Of a stretch of 64,000 nucleotides of DNA, positions 25,947-37,241 are shown piece after piece. A program made the position numbers and the translations under genes. This stretch comes from Mobula hypostoma (lineage: Eukaryota): NCBI RefSeq assembly GCF_963921235.1, contig NC_086108.1, forward strand, positions 20,646,001 to 20,710,000. The letters run 5' to 3'. The notes beneath the pieces were generated by a model. The model was not told the origin of the DNA. It ran no database searches and was given only the letters and a program-made list of their open reading frames with translations. Each line of letters starts with the position of its first letter. Within the stretch, counting starts at the first letter, position 1.

Positions 25947-27368
25947 CAGACATCCCACCCTGCAAAAACTCATTTCAGGGAGGTAGCACCCCCGCCCCCC
26001 AACCCCATATTCCCCCCTCCAAGGGTGTATGTAATACTTTGTTTCGTGATTTTGTCTAATCTGTAAACCAAGTTGGGTATATGCAGAAAAAGTGACATTA
26101 AAATATGTACTTATATTATACTATCATCTTTATTCTATTACAACTTTAAGCAAGGGAGTTTGGCCTCATCCTGTAGGACATAAATAGCATAGCTCCTTAG
26201 CAGCCAGCCAGCTAGTTTAAATAACGTTAGCTTTGCTAATGAATGAATGACACCTGTTAAACTCACCTTAACATATCTTTTACATTTTAACCCACCATGG
26301 GCAATAGAAAAGTCACTGTTGCAAACAGTGTAGCGAGCAACACTGTCATTATTTTTGACGTCGACTATAAAGCCCGCCAACTGAGAAGACTGATAGACTG
26401 ATAGGTCTACTTAGCAGGGGTCCCCAACCTTTTTTGCACCGCGAACCTGTTTAATATTGACAATATTCTTGCGGACCGGCTGACTTGGGGGGGGGGTGGT
26501 GGTGTTAATCACGACCGGATTATGGGTGATAAGTCAACTATAATTCACTTATAAGTGGCTAATACACTCAATTTCGTTTCTAAAAGGATTTATCTAATGA
26601 ATTTATATTAAACACACAGTGCATATTTTCCTCGCATGAATATAGTGATAAGTCAATTATTAGTCAATAGCATCATAACATTTTAAGTAACATTTGGATA
26701 TTAAACACATGGCGCATATTTTCCTCATATGAACATATAAAGTCATTGCAACACACCAATATCGCTGAATCAGTGGGAGCCCTGGGCTTGTTTTCCTGCA
26801 ACAAGACGGTGCCATCGAGGGGTGATGGGAGACAGTGATACTCCAAGGGGGTTCCTTATGTCCAGTCTATTCCACAATTTAATTTTTGTTGCATTCATTG
26901 CAGAAAACCCCGCTTCTCAGAGATATGTTGGAAATGGAAGCAACGTTTTCAGTGCTTTCATGGCTATCTCAGGATATTTAGCCTTGACTTTGGTCCAGAA
27001 TGCTGGCAGAGATGTTATGTCAAACGTACTTTTCAGCCCATCATTTGCAAGCTCAAGGAGTTGATCTTCCCGCCCTGACACGGATGACCTCGCATGCGTT
27101 CAAGTTCAACAGTGCATGACAGGGAATAAGGAAAGGTGCAGCTGACTCATATCGGGTCATATCACCAAATCATATTGTTTCCTCACGGCCTGGTGGTTGG
27201 GGACCACTCTTAGCACAAAGAGAGACCAATCAGGATGCTCGCTCTCCCTCTCCCTCTCTTTCTCAAAAAAATTGATTTCTGGGATATTGTATATAATTTC
27301 CAGGCATCAGGCAGCCACTATCAATATGTGGGAGACTCCTGTTACTTCCGGGAGAGGTGGGATGTTTG
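25947..27368. mobile_element. Non-autonomous DNA transposon with 13-bp TIRs and apparent 6-bp TSD
   Basis: cagacatcccacc (25947-25959) vs ggtgggatgtttg (27356-27368), one mismatch; gaaaga at 25941-25946 and 27369-27374. Confidence 0.65.
26415..27208. mobile_element. hAT/Charlie-type non-autonomous element nested in the element above
   Basis: caggggtccccaacc ... ggttggggaccact termini; TSD unclear. Confidence 0.7.
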
Positions 27369-28904
27369 GAAAGAAACAAGTCTCATCAGGAGTGAGTTTT
27401 ATTTGAGCCAATAAAAAGAAAAGAGAAGTATGTGGAGCAGCCATTGCTGGAGTGGGTCAGTGTTAGAGTGGTCTGGTTTTTGCAAGAATTGAATTGGGCA
27501 AACACAGGTAGAGGTTCTAAGCAAGATTCTAGTAAGTTTTTATTTTCTTTTTCTTTGTCTTAGTACATACCTATTATGCTGAGAATCAAAGTTCAAAATA
27601 AATTTATTATCAAAGTACATAAAAGTCACCATATACAACCCTGAGATTTATTTTCTTGCGGGACTACACTGTAAATCCAAGAAACACAATAGAATCAATG
27701 AAAGGCTGCACCCAACGGGACGGACTAACAACCAATGTGCAAAAGACAACAAATTGTGCAAATACAAAAGAAAATAATAATAATTGTACGAATAAATATG
27801 CAATAAATATCAAGAACATGAGATGAAAAGTCCTTGAAAGTGAGTCCATAGGTTATGGGACCAGTTCAGTGATGGAGTGAGTGAAGTGGCGTGAAGTTAC
27901 CTCTTTGGTTCCAGAGTCTGTTGGTCGAAGGTGTTGGATATTAATGTTTAAATCTAAAATTCTTTTAGAATTCAGGAATGAGGCATAAAAGCTGTTGCTC
28001 TACAGTCGTTTTATTAAGAGTTGATAGATCAAAGGGAAGTTGAAACAAACAGGGACACATGTCTACTACTTGAAGAAGAGAAACCCAAATATAAGAAAAA
28101 TTCCATTCAAATCCAAAGATTGCAAGGATCCAATAATAAAGTACTTAGTCAATACTGAAGTAAAGTTAACCAATGAAAAACACTTATTCACTTTACGTAG
28201 TATAAAGGAGCTCTGGAATTATACTTTGTATATCCACTAGAGGTATATTAAACTGTTATGGATGTAAGGGCTACTTAAAATACAAGAAGATAATTAATTG
28301 TTAAACTGTAAAGAAAGTGACAATTCAATAGATGGATCCAACAACCCTCCCCTCTTTGATTCCAATTCACAAATTTAGAATTATGACATCTGAAAATTCA
28401 GAGGCAGAAAAAGGTATATATTATATTCTTCAAACCATTTATAAGATTATATCATGGTTAGGCAGATTAGTAGGCACACTGTATGCAAGTTTGAACTATT
28501 CTGTTAATGAATGCCTTTACGCAAGTAAAATATGTAAATTATCATAAGGCATATTAGTATGAATAATATGACATAACACTGAGTGACCGCAGCTTCTGAG
28601 ACTTGAATAAGTTCAAAGAAATCCCATCCATCAGATCGATGTACTTTAGCTGCTTCTTTACAAATATGATCAACCAAATTAGTTATATCTTCAGATTTGT
28701 CAGGTAAGTAAAACTTTCCTTGTCTATAGCTTCACATATCCTCCACCCTACTTAACTGTTAAGTGAAGATCTAATGCCATACTATTTTGAAGGACCACCA
28801 TTTTGAAGGCATGGCAACCATTTCAGTTGTTACTTTTCCCAAGGCTTCAGCTGTGTCATTGCTTACTCTTTCTAAGGCTGCAGCAATATTTTTAACCTTT
28901 CTTA

Positions 28905-29600
28905 TGTAAGGGGGTTTCGATTTTTATGTTACTGCGGAGGCTAATTAAAATGGCGTCTTTGTTATGTTAATCTGGGGAATGCGGCTTTGTTGTGTTAAAC
29001 GCTGAGAAAGTTTGCGCTAGCAGCGTGTTGTGGTTTAGAGTGTGATAAGAAATACGTTATTAACCAATTGGGATAGTTGTTATGTTTTTGGTGTATTTGA
29101 AGATACTGTATGCGCGGGGTTTTGGGGGCAGAAGGCGGGAGAGCGAGACAGAGGATGGACGAGGTGCTGTGAGACCGCTAACGGGGTCGGACCCCGAGCG
29201 GGACGTTCGGCAAGGAGACGGAGACGGACTCCTGTGGAGCGTCTGGTCGACCACCGTTGTTGGTCCCAGGTGGCCGGTCGAGGTGGTCCGAGGGGGTCGC
29301 AGGGTGAAGAAGAAGGTCCTTGAGCTCCAACGGTTTTTTGTGCATGAAGAGATTGAACTTTGATAAGTGTGGCGCCTTTTATTTTCCTTTTATATTTTAT
29401 TCTCTTTTAATTATATAGTTCCAGTAATATCTATAAACTGTATATCATTTAATTGCATCTGGTGTATGTCTGTTATTTGGGCGGGGTGGGGTACCTCACA
29501 CAGCATCCACACAAACTATTACCCAGTTTGGCAGGGCTGAGGCTGTTTCCCTAGATGACAGCGAGCTGAGCGACCCTGAGGGTGGCCGGGGGGGGCTACA
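28905..29600. mobile_element. Solo LTR (Gypsy-like)
   Basis: TGTA...TACA termini, flanks ctta/ccta (4 bp, one mismatch), CpG-rich interior, no coding capacity. Confidence 0.6.
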
Positions 29601-30039
29601 CCTATATTCCTTGCAAACCATAAAACAGGAATAAAATTGATGCAAAACAATCTTCTTCTGAAATGTCTCATTTAATTCTAGACTTGGGAGGTAAAGGCAA
29701 GGTGTGTGCAGGTCTCATGGCAGGAAGAACATACCCGGAATAACAAGGTCCTAACCAATAATGTGGAAGAGAGCTATAGGCTCCATTTCCATACATAAAA
29801 TACATGTTGTTTCATGAACTTATTACCTATTTATTATTACTTAACAGGAGCTTTATTGAATTGTAATATCTTTGATAGTCAATAACACAAGTATACAGTC
29901 ATCTCAACTGCACATTATGATAGATAGATATTGATCCCAAAGGAAATTAGAGTGCTACAGTAGCATTACTAGTGCACAGATTTACAAATATACAGATGTT
30001 TGAAGAAAAGTGAGAAAGAATAAAAAATAAGTTACCTCA

Positions 30040-30893
30040 GGTAGTGTGGAGGAAGCAATGAGTCTGCAGAAGGACTCAAGACAGATTGGGAGAATGGGCA
30101 AAGAAGCGGCAGGTGGAATATAGTGTAGGGCAGAAATGGTCATGCACTTTGGTAGAAGAAATAAGGGCATGGACTATTATCTAAACAGAGAGTAAATTCA
30201 AAAATTAGAGATGCAATTGGACTTGGCAGTCCTTGCGCAGGATTCCACAAATGTTAACTTGCAGGTTGAACCAGTGGAAAGGTAGGCATATGTAATGTTT
30301 GCTTTCCTTTAGACAGGAATAGAATATAAGAGCAAGGATATAATTCTGAGGCTTTATAAGGCATTGGTCAGACTGCACTTAAGAGAATTGTGAACAGTTT
30401 TGGGCCCCTTAGCTACAAAAAAACTGTGCCAGCATCGGAGAGGGTCCAGAGGAGATTCACGAGAATGATTCCAGGAATGCAAGTGTTAACGTATGAGCAG
30501 TGCTTGAAAGCTTGGGGCTCACTGTAGTTTAGAAGAATGATGGGGGATCTCATTGAAACCTGTCGAATATTTTAAAGTCTAGATAGAGTGGATGTGGGGA
30601 GGATGTTTCCTATAGTGGGTAAGTCTAGGACCAGAGGGCACAGCCTCAGAATAAAGGGACATCCATTTAGAAAAGATATGAGATTGAATTTCTTTAGCTA
30701 GAAGGTGAAATCTGTGAAATTCATTGCTACAGACAGTGGTGGAGGCTAAGTGGAGGTTCTTGATTAGCAAGGACATCAAAAGTTACGGGAAGAAGGCAGG
30801 AGAATGACAGGGATAATAAATCAGCTGTGATGGAATAGTGGAGATACTTGACAGGGTAAATGGCCTAATTTTATTCTTTTGTCTTTTGGTCTT
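30040..30893 (+). mobile_element. CR1 LINE 3' fragment, decayed
   Basis: agtctgcagaaggac..., gagagggtccagaggagattcacgagaatgattccagg (ERVQRRFTRMIPG), ends with the CR1-like ggcctaatt...tcttttggtctt tail. Confidence 0.85.
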
Positions 30894-30899
30894 ACTGTA

Positions 30900-31625
30900 C
30901 AGCATAGGCTCACGATCAAGCATATTTTCTTCAGCCAATGATTGGTGTGTCAAGGCCGACCTGGACAGGAAAGGCAGTTTCGCGGAGCAAATAGCTTTCA
31001 CCACATTGCGTCCAGATATAATCATATGGTCTGACACCAGTAGAGAAGTGGTTATTGGTGAACTCACAGTCCCCTGGGAAGACAACATTGATGAAGCCCA
31101 TGAGCGCGTTAACCAAGTATGCAGAGTTAAGATCAGAGTGCAGAGACCGAGGGCGGAAGGTCTCATGCTATCCATTCGAAGTAGGCTGCTGTGGGTTTAT
31201 TGCGTTCACTCTCCAGAAGTGGCTGCGTGACCTTGGCTTCACTAGAAGAGAGATCAAGTCAACCAGCAGGACTGTAGCTGAGGCAGCAGAGAAAGGATCA
31301 GCATGGGTGTGGACCAAGTATGTCCGGAGGGGCAGATAGTCAGACAGTGTATACTTATCTTGCAAACCCTTCAGTTGTTGCATAGACACCTGAAGAGTAG
31401 ACTACCTGTTGGATGGAAGTGACCAATAACTCAGATAGAGGCAGATGCCAAGTTTTTAAGCTCACCAGTGGGAGGTGGTGCTTTAGCACTGCTGGCCTAC
31501 CACCTCGAGGGGGTCTTGATCATAAGTGGGCCGAAACTCCTGAAAACAGGTGGCAGATCAACTGATGATCCCACTGGTGATAGCACAGGACAGTTAACAT
31601 CTTAGTCCACGTGTATTTTGTAACT
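30900..31625 (+). mobile_element. HERO-type (R2-superfamily) non-LTR retrotransposon 3' fragment: restriction-like endonuclease domain plus 3' UTR
   Basis: ORF 30838..31230 TTLRPDIIIWSDTSREVVIGELTVPWEDNIDEAHER shifts into ORF 31055..31339 KYAELRSECRDRGRKVSCYPFEVGCCGF...AEAAEKGSAWVW; PD-(D/E)xK pattern typical of the HERO clade; stop at 31339. Confidence 0.85.
31509..31575 (+). ncRNA. Candidate hammerhead ribozyme with non-canonical strand order in the HERO 3' UTR
   Basis: GTC 31513-31515, GAAA 31533-31536, CTGATGA 31562-31568; helices 31516-31521/31556-31561, 31525-31530/31570-31575 and 31509-31514/31536-31541. Confidence 0.65.
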
Positions 31626-31744
31626 CTGTAGCAGAATTGGGCTATTTGGCCCATTACTTGGAAAGCAGAGGACACTGTACCTGTTTACTTAGACCCACTA
31701 AATATCAATGATAAAAACCATAGTTTAACATAATTTCACTAAGG

Positions 31745-34700
31745 CAGTGATTCCCAATAGCGGTGGTTCCATGTCCTAAGGGAGAATTAGAAGAAATTCT
31801 AATAGAATTAGAAGTCGTCTGGGGATGTTCCAGATTTTGGGGGGGGGGGGGTGAGGGCGGTAAGTGGCACCCTAACTGACTGACCAAAAAAAGGATGAGG
31901 CATTGGAACACAGGAGGTGAGCACTTGTCGTCACGTGTCTAAAACTTGCTAATCTCATTCAACCTTACTAACCACACAGATATTTTTGGGGAGGCATGAA
32001 TTAGCAACCAGAGAGCCCAACAATTCCCTTTGACTCACAGCACAGAACCAGTACATGCAATTTAATAAGTGGTAAGTCAAGTACACCCTCTCAACTTTCT
32101 CTACAGATCTACAGAAAACAGGTCGCGCAATGATACAGCGCTGGGCAGAAGCAAACAGTGAAATAGTGCCAATTAGTGAATCTGCCAAGCTCAGAATTCC
32201 TCTTGACATGTTCAAAGTGATCTCGGCTTCATATGTGCAGTCAAGAACCATCTTTGGGGAATATGAGACCTTATGTGACTGGTCAATCATGATAACTGGA
32301 ATAGTATAAAGGTAGTTTGCTAAACACCAGTTCTATCCTGAGTACTCTATTCCAGTCTGAACTCTTGTCAACATAATTTTCACAGTTGTGATTGTCTTCA
32401 TCTTTGCCTCGCTGTTCCTTTGCTTGCCACTACCATTGTTCCATTGCGTCTACTCGCTGCTGTCATCAACATCCGATAGGCATTCCCAGTTTGTGTTAAT
32501 TTTCTACTCTAATTTAGCACTGTTAATGATGGATGAATATGCATGGCGGTGAAGCCTTGTATTCTAATCCTGCTAAGAAACAGAAACTACAGAAAGTGCA
32601 TCAATATACTGTTATAAACCTGAAGTATGGTTTTATTCCATTCCCGTCAGATCAGCAATGCCCCATGTGTTTTATTTGTAATACTGTACTGTCTAATGGA
32701 CCTATGAAACCATCAAGATTGCAGGAACATTTCCATAAAAGACACCCGGAAAAGGCCATTTATTATATCACTCAGTTCCAGAAGATAAAAGAAGCATTTG
32801 AAAAGCAATGCACACTCAAGTCCTTTGCCAAGAACTCTAAAAATGACCTCAACAGTGGTCTCGTTGCTTCTTATAACATTTGCAAAATGATAGCAAATTG
32901 TGGAAAATCTCATACAATTGGTGAAAGATTAATAATGTCTGCTGTATCAGAAGTGCTCACCACTGTTCTCAAAAAGGATACCAGTATTTTAAAATCATTT
33001 CCTCTGAGTAATAACTATAGATCATCATATTTACGAAATGAGTGAAAACATTGGGTATCAACTATGCACCGAGAATTTGGGATAAAACTAGAGGAGTTAA
33101 TTGTGTGAGACAATGAAGCATTACTAATGGTATATGTACAGTTTATCAAAAATTTAAGTTTATGAAGAGATTCTCTTGTAAAAAGTTAAAAAAAATATCA
33201 ACAGAGAATCAATCTATGACAAGCTCAAAATGTACGAGGGGTGATTGATAAGTTCGTGGCCTAGGGTAGAAGGAGTCAATTTTAGAAAACATTTATTTTT
33301 CAACATAGTCCCCTCCTACATGTACACACTTAGTCCAGTGGTCGTGGAGCATATGGATCCCTTCTTTGTAGAAGTGGTCCACAGCAGGGGTGATTGATAA
33401 GTTTGTGGCCTAAGGTAGAAGGAGATGAGTTATACAGCTCTCGTTACATGCGCGTGCAGTTCAACTCTTTGAGTGAAAATGCAGAAAGTTTGAAGTTAAT
33501 AACTCATCTCCTTCTAGCTTAGGCCAAAAACTTATCAATCACCCCTGCTGTGGACCACTTTCTGGAGGTCCAAGACGCCGACTTCTACAAAGAAGGGATC
33601 TGTATGCTCCATGACCGCTGGACTAAGTGTGTAAATGTAGAAAAAATAAATGTGCTAGGGTTTTCTAAAATTGACTCCTTCTACCTTAGGCCACGAACTT
33701 ATCAATCACCCCTCATATATTGAGGATAAAAGTATTCCAATTGGAAACATGATTTATTGTGCAACAGATGGAGCATCATAATGACAGGACTCCATGCTGG
33801 TTTAGCGGCAATTATGAAAAAAGAAATTCCAAGTCTGTTTGCAATCCATTGTGCAATTCATTATCAACATCTCGCAGCCAGAATCTTAGCTTGTAAGTTT
33901 TTTCAAGCATGACTCTTGTAATATCTGCTATCAACAAAATTAAAGCTTATCCATTAAATAGCAGAATATCTTGCCAGTTATGCCAAGAAAAGGATTAAGT
34001 TTGAATGCTTGCTTCTTCACATTGAAATGCAGTGGCTGCTTAAAATGTCCCTTTGACACTGTAGTTGAATTTTTGCCCAAAGTTGACAAGAGCTTGGGAA
34101 AAAGATTGACTTCTACATGGTGACGTGGCATTCCTAGCCGATGCATGACAAAATTAACATTCTAAATATGAAATTGCAGGATGAGAATTTCAATTTAATC
34201 CAGGCAAAAAGTGCAGTATCAACTTTTATTGGAAAATTGTAAATATATAAGCAAAACATTGGGAGAAGAATGTTCTCATAGTTTCCCTGCATGGAAAGTA
34301 CAGCACTCTCTTTCACAGACAGTGATTAGAAAGAGTACTGCTTGCACCTGCAGTCACTGAAGAAGGATCTTCAGAATCGATTCAAGGATTTGAACAATTT
34401 TGAAATTCCAGTCTGGGTAATTAACCCATTTCTTTGCAAGAAATTATCGAAATTCAGAATGAAGAAGCAAAAATGCTTTTCAAAAATGTCAGCTTTTGTG
34501 GTATGTGGCTATACTATCATACGAGGTTTTCTGGCTATTGGAAAAGAGCCAAACTGCTCTTCATTGCATTTCCATTCTCCTACCTTCTTAAAAGAGGCTT
34601 CAGTGCAGTGAACCACATATTCACAAAAAACAGAAACATCTTACACATTGTTACGCGTAGTGACTTAAGGTTTTTGCTGTCACAACATGAACCTAGATAT

Positions 34701-34926
34701 TTCAACTCTTGCTAAAAATCATCAAGCTCAAGGATCACATTGATATTGAAGCTGCTGTACAGTGCACAGGTACTGTGTAAGCTAGATTTAAACACAAAAA
34801 TGAATTTAAAGCAGAATCATTTTTCTCATGTTAGCATATGGTAGACATGTTTTTATACTATGGGGGCACCGGAAAGTATATTGTGCCTAGGAGGGGCATT
34901 GGGCTAAAAAAGGTTGGGAAAAACTG
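31745..34926 (+). mobile_element. hAT (Buster/Charlie-type) DNA transposon with decayed transposase
   Basis: TIRs cagtgattcccaa / ttgggaaaaactg; 8-bp TSD cactaagg (31737-31744) / cgctaagg (34927-34934); ORF 32533..33045 (PMCFICNTVLSNGPMKPSRLQEHFHKRH, KSHTIGERLI, PLSNN), CATDGA and HCAIH remnants at 33758-33860, ORFs 34342..34715. Confidence 0.92.
33235..33715. mobile_element. Mariner-type MITE with TA TSD, nested in the hAT transposase
   Basis: ta|cgaggggtgattgataagttcgtggcct ... aggccacgaacttatcaatcacccctca|ta; second internal TIR pair at about 33387-33430 and 33502-33546. Confidence 0.88.
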
Positions 34927-35425
34927 CGCTAAGGGTTCCTAATCTTTAGTGCAGTAATATGCTAAGTACATACAGTTCACATTATCTGCAGCGTATACCA
35001 AGTTGGTTCCAGGACTCATCTCAACATTTTTCCATAAACACAATTTACACTGAGGAATCCATCATTACCTCCCTAACACTTCCATATCAGTTTGTGTTCA
35101 TCAGCTCCATGCTGCGTGCTTTTCTAACAGAGCATTGTCTTTGATTGTATGGCTGTACACAGCCATTTCCAAAGTGAGTACTGCTTGGATAGATCAATTC
35201 ACTCCATGTTAATCAGCTAATACCATTGATTTTAGGTACAGAGATGTTTCAATCAATTTATTAATGAATGTAATATTTCATTTGAAACATCACATTTATT
35301 TGGAGGGTACATTGAAAAGCAGAAAGTCTTTACGGCATCTGTGGTTTTTTGTTATCCACAAAAACTCTGACTCTATCAGTCATGGATAATGAGGACTTAA
35401 TACACAGGAAACAGATGGTCTAAGG

Positions 35426-35616
35426 CAGGGGTCGGCAACCTTTTTGCCTTTGTTGGCCGGATCGCGTATTAATGAGTGGACGGTGAGCCAGATAAATGCC
35501 ATAAAAAACTGGAACTATGGGAATTATCCATTTAAATACATCTAGTTATGTTTTGCCTCAAATTAATGAATAACGCATGCGAGAAAATCATTTGTGCTTA
35601 AGGTTGCCTACCCCTG
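35426..35616. mobile_element. hAT/Charlie MITE, 191 bp
   Basis: caggggtcggcaacc ... ggttgcctacccctg; perfect 8-bp TSD gtctaagg at 35418-35425 and 35617-35624. Confidence 0.92.
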
Positions 35617-36389
35617 GTCTAAGGGATGCATCAGGTTTACTTAAGGTTTGTTTCAAGCTGTGCCCGCGTGGACAACAACATAAAATCAAAGATGTCGTTC
35701 ATTAATAATAGTTTTTTAAATATACACTACACAAAAATTTACTTTCAATATTGACGAAACAGAATTCACTGATCTGGACTCATCAAACTAAGTACAATGT
35801 GCAGTAAGAAATGTGATTGTAAACGGCAACTAAAATTAAAATGAGGGAGATTACAAGCCAAAATTCAGAGAATGGCCATCATGTATACACAGCTATAAAA
35901 AGAAAAAGCTTGAGTACAAAAAGCATGCAAAAATATTTTCATTAGTGGGAAATCACTATAATATCAAAATGTTCTTAAACAATTGATTTCCAAGACATAA
36001 AGGAGAAAATTGGGTGAAGACAAGATTTGAAACTCAACATTTTGAAACGTATTCCTTGGGCATTTCCACAGGCAACTCCCCCGATTAGGTTATTCAAAAT
36101 GATCAAAATCCTGGTATCCTGATCTTCAGCAAGTGGTAAGAGTGAACATTATAAGCCTAAATAATTTCTATTATACACTACAAACCAGGTTTGCAGAAAG
36201 TCAGTATAGCCATTGTGTAAGAAATCATTTGCGCAGAAAATCCTACTGGGCAAATAATCAAAACTGATTTAATTAGCTTTGTCTCCTGTAGCACAGTGAA
36301 CTAAAGGTACTCATGCATTGCAGTGGATTGTCAAGTTTACTAACAAATATCAATTCTTCCAGATGGCTAACTGAGGCAAGATCCAGATA

Positions 36390-37241
36390 CAGGCCGACCT
36401 TCTATAATCCGGCACCACTGGGACCTGAGGAGTGCCGGATTAGTGAAAATGCCGAATTACAGAAGGATCACATTAAGCAATAGCTAACCGCCTCATTATA
36501 CCTTTAAAATATCAAAGGATTCAAAGGTTCATTTAATGTCAGAGAAATGTATACAATATACATCCTGAAATGCTTTTTCTTCACAACCATCTACGAAAAC
36601 AGAGGAGTGCCCCAAAGAATGAACGACAGTTAAATGTTAGAACCCCTAAATTCCCCTCTCCCACACGTAAGCAGCAGTGAGCAACAATCCCTCCTCCCCA
36701 CTGGCAAAAAATAAAGCGTACCCACTATCAGCACTCAAGTGTGAGCTAAGCGATGGCAAAGACACAGACTTGCAGTTACCCCAAAGACTACATTGCACTT
36801 GCAGTTATTGAGGGACTCCTCGTTAGTTTCTTTTGCTCCGCTTAGTAATATGCTTAAATTCAGTGGGTTACCACGTCTGAACTCAGGTCTTAGGCAGAAG
36901 AGAACGGAGCACCGGCCGGGCGACACCGGAGGGCAGTGCGCAACTGCCGGCAGGCGAGCGAGAAGGTGGACCGACCCAACGCGCGCCAGCTCTCCCACCA
37001 CTGGCGGGTGAGACGGGCGGGTGCCGGGCGGCCGCGTCTCATGCAAATGATATTAATAAATGCAGGAAGACAAGCAGTAATCGCCTGTCTGTGCTTACAA
37101 GACTGTGCCAACACGTGAACAAATCTAGCGCAACCAAAACAATGTGCAGCAGATTGGTACAGTGGCCCAGAAAATTTGAAATCAGTGCGGATTATCGAAG
37201 GAACCGGATTACAGGTAGTCGGATTAGTGAATGTCGACCTG
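36390..37241. mobile_element. Tigger/pogo-type non-autonomous element with TA TSD, carrying internal foreign sequence
   Basis: ta|caggccgaccttctataatccggc ... gtcggattagtgaatgtcgacctg|ta; repeated subterminal cggatta motifs. Confidence 0.8.
36796..36889 (-). pseudogene. 28S rRNA 5'-end fragment (about 94 nt), preceded by GC-rich ITS2-like sequence (36890-37040)
   Basis: Minus strand gacctgagttcagacgtggtaacccactgaatttaagcatattactaagcggagcaaaagaaactaac, the conserved LSU 5' terminus with several substitutions. Confidence 0.88.

Noticed and set aside
32533..33045. Domesticated ZBED/SCAND3-like host gene
   Set aside because: Frame is broken by stops, frameshifts and a MITE, and it lies between TIRs with a TSD, so it is a dead transposon.
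36796..36889. Functional 28S rRNA gene
   Set aside because: Only about 94 nt, with substitutions in conserved positions and no 5.8S or 18S nearby.
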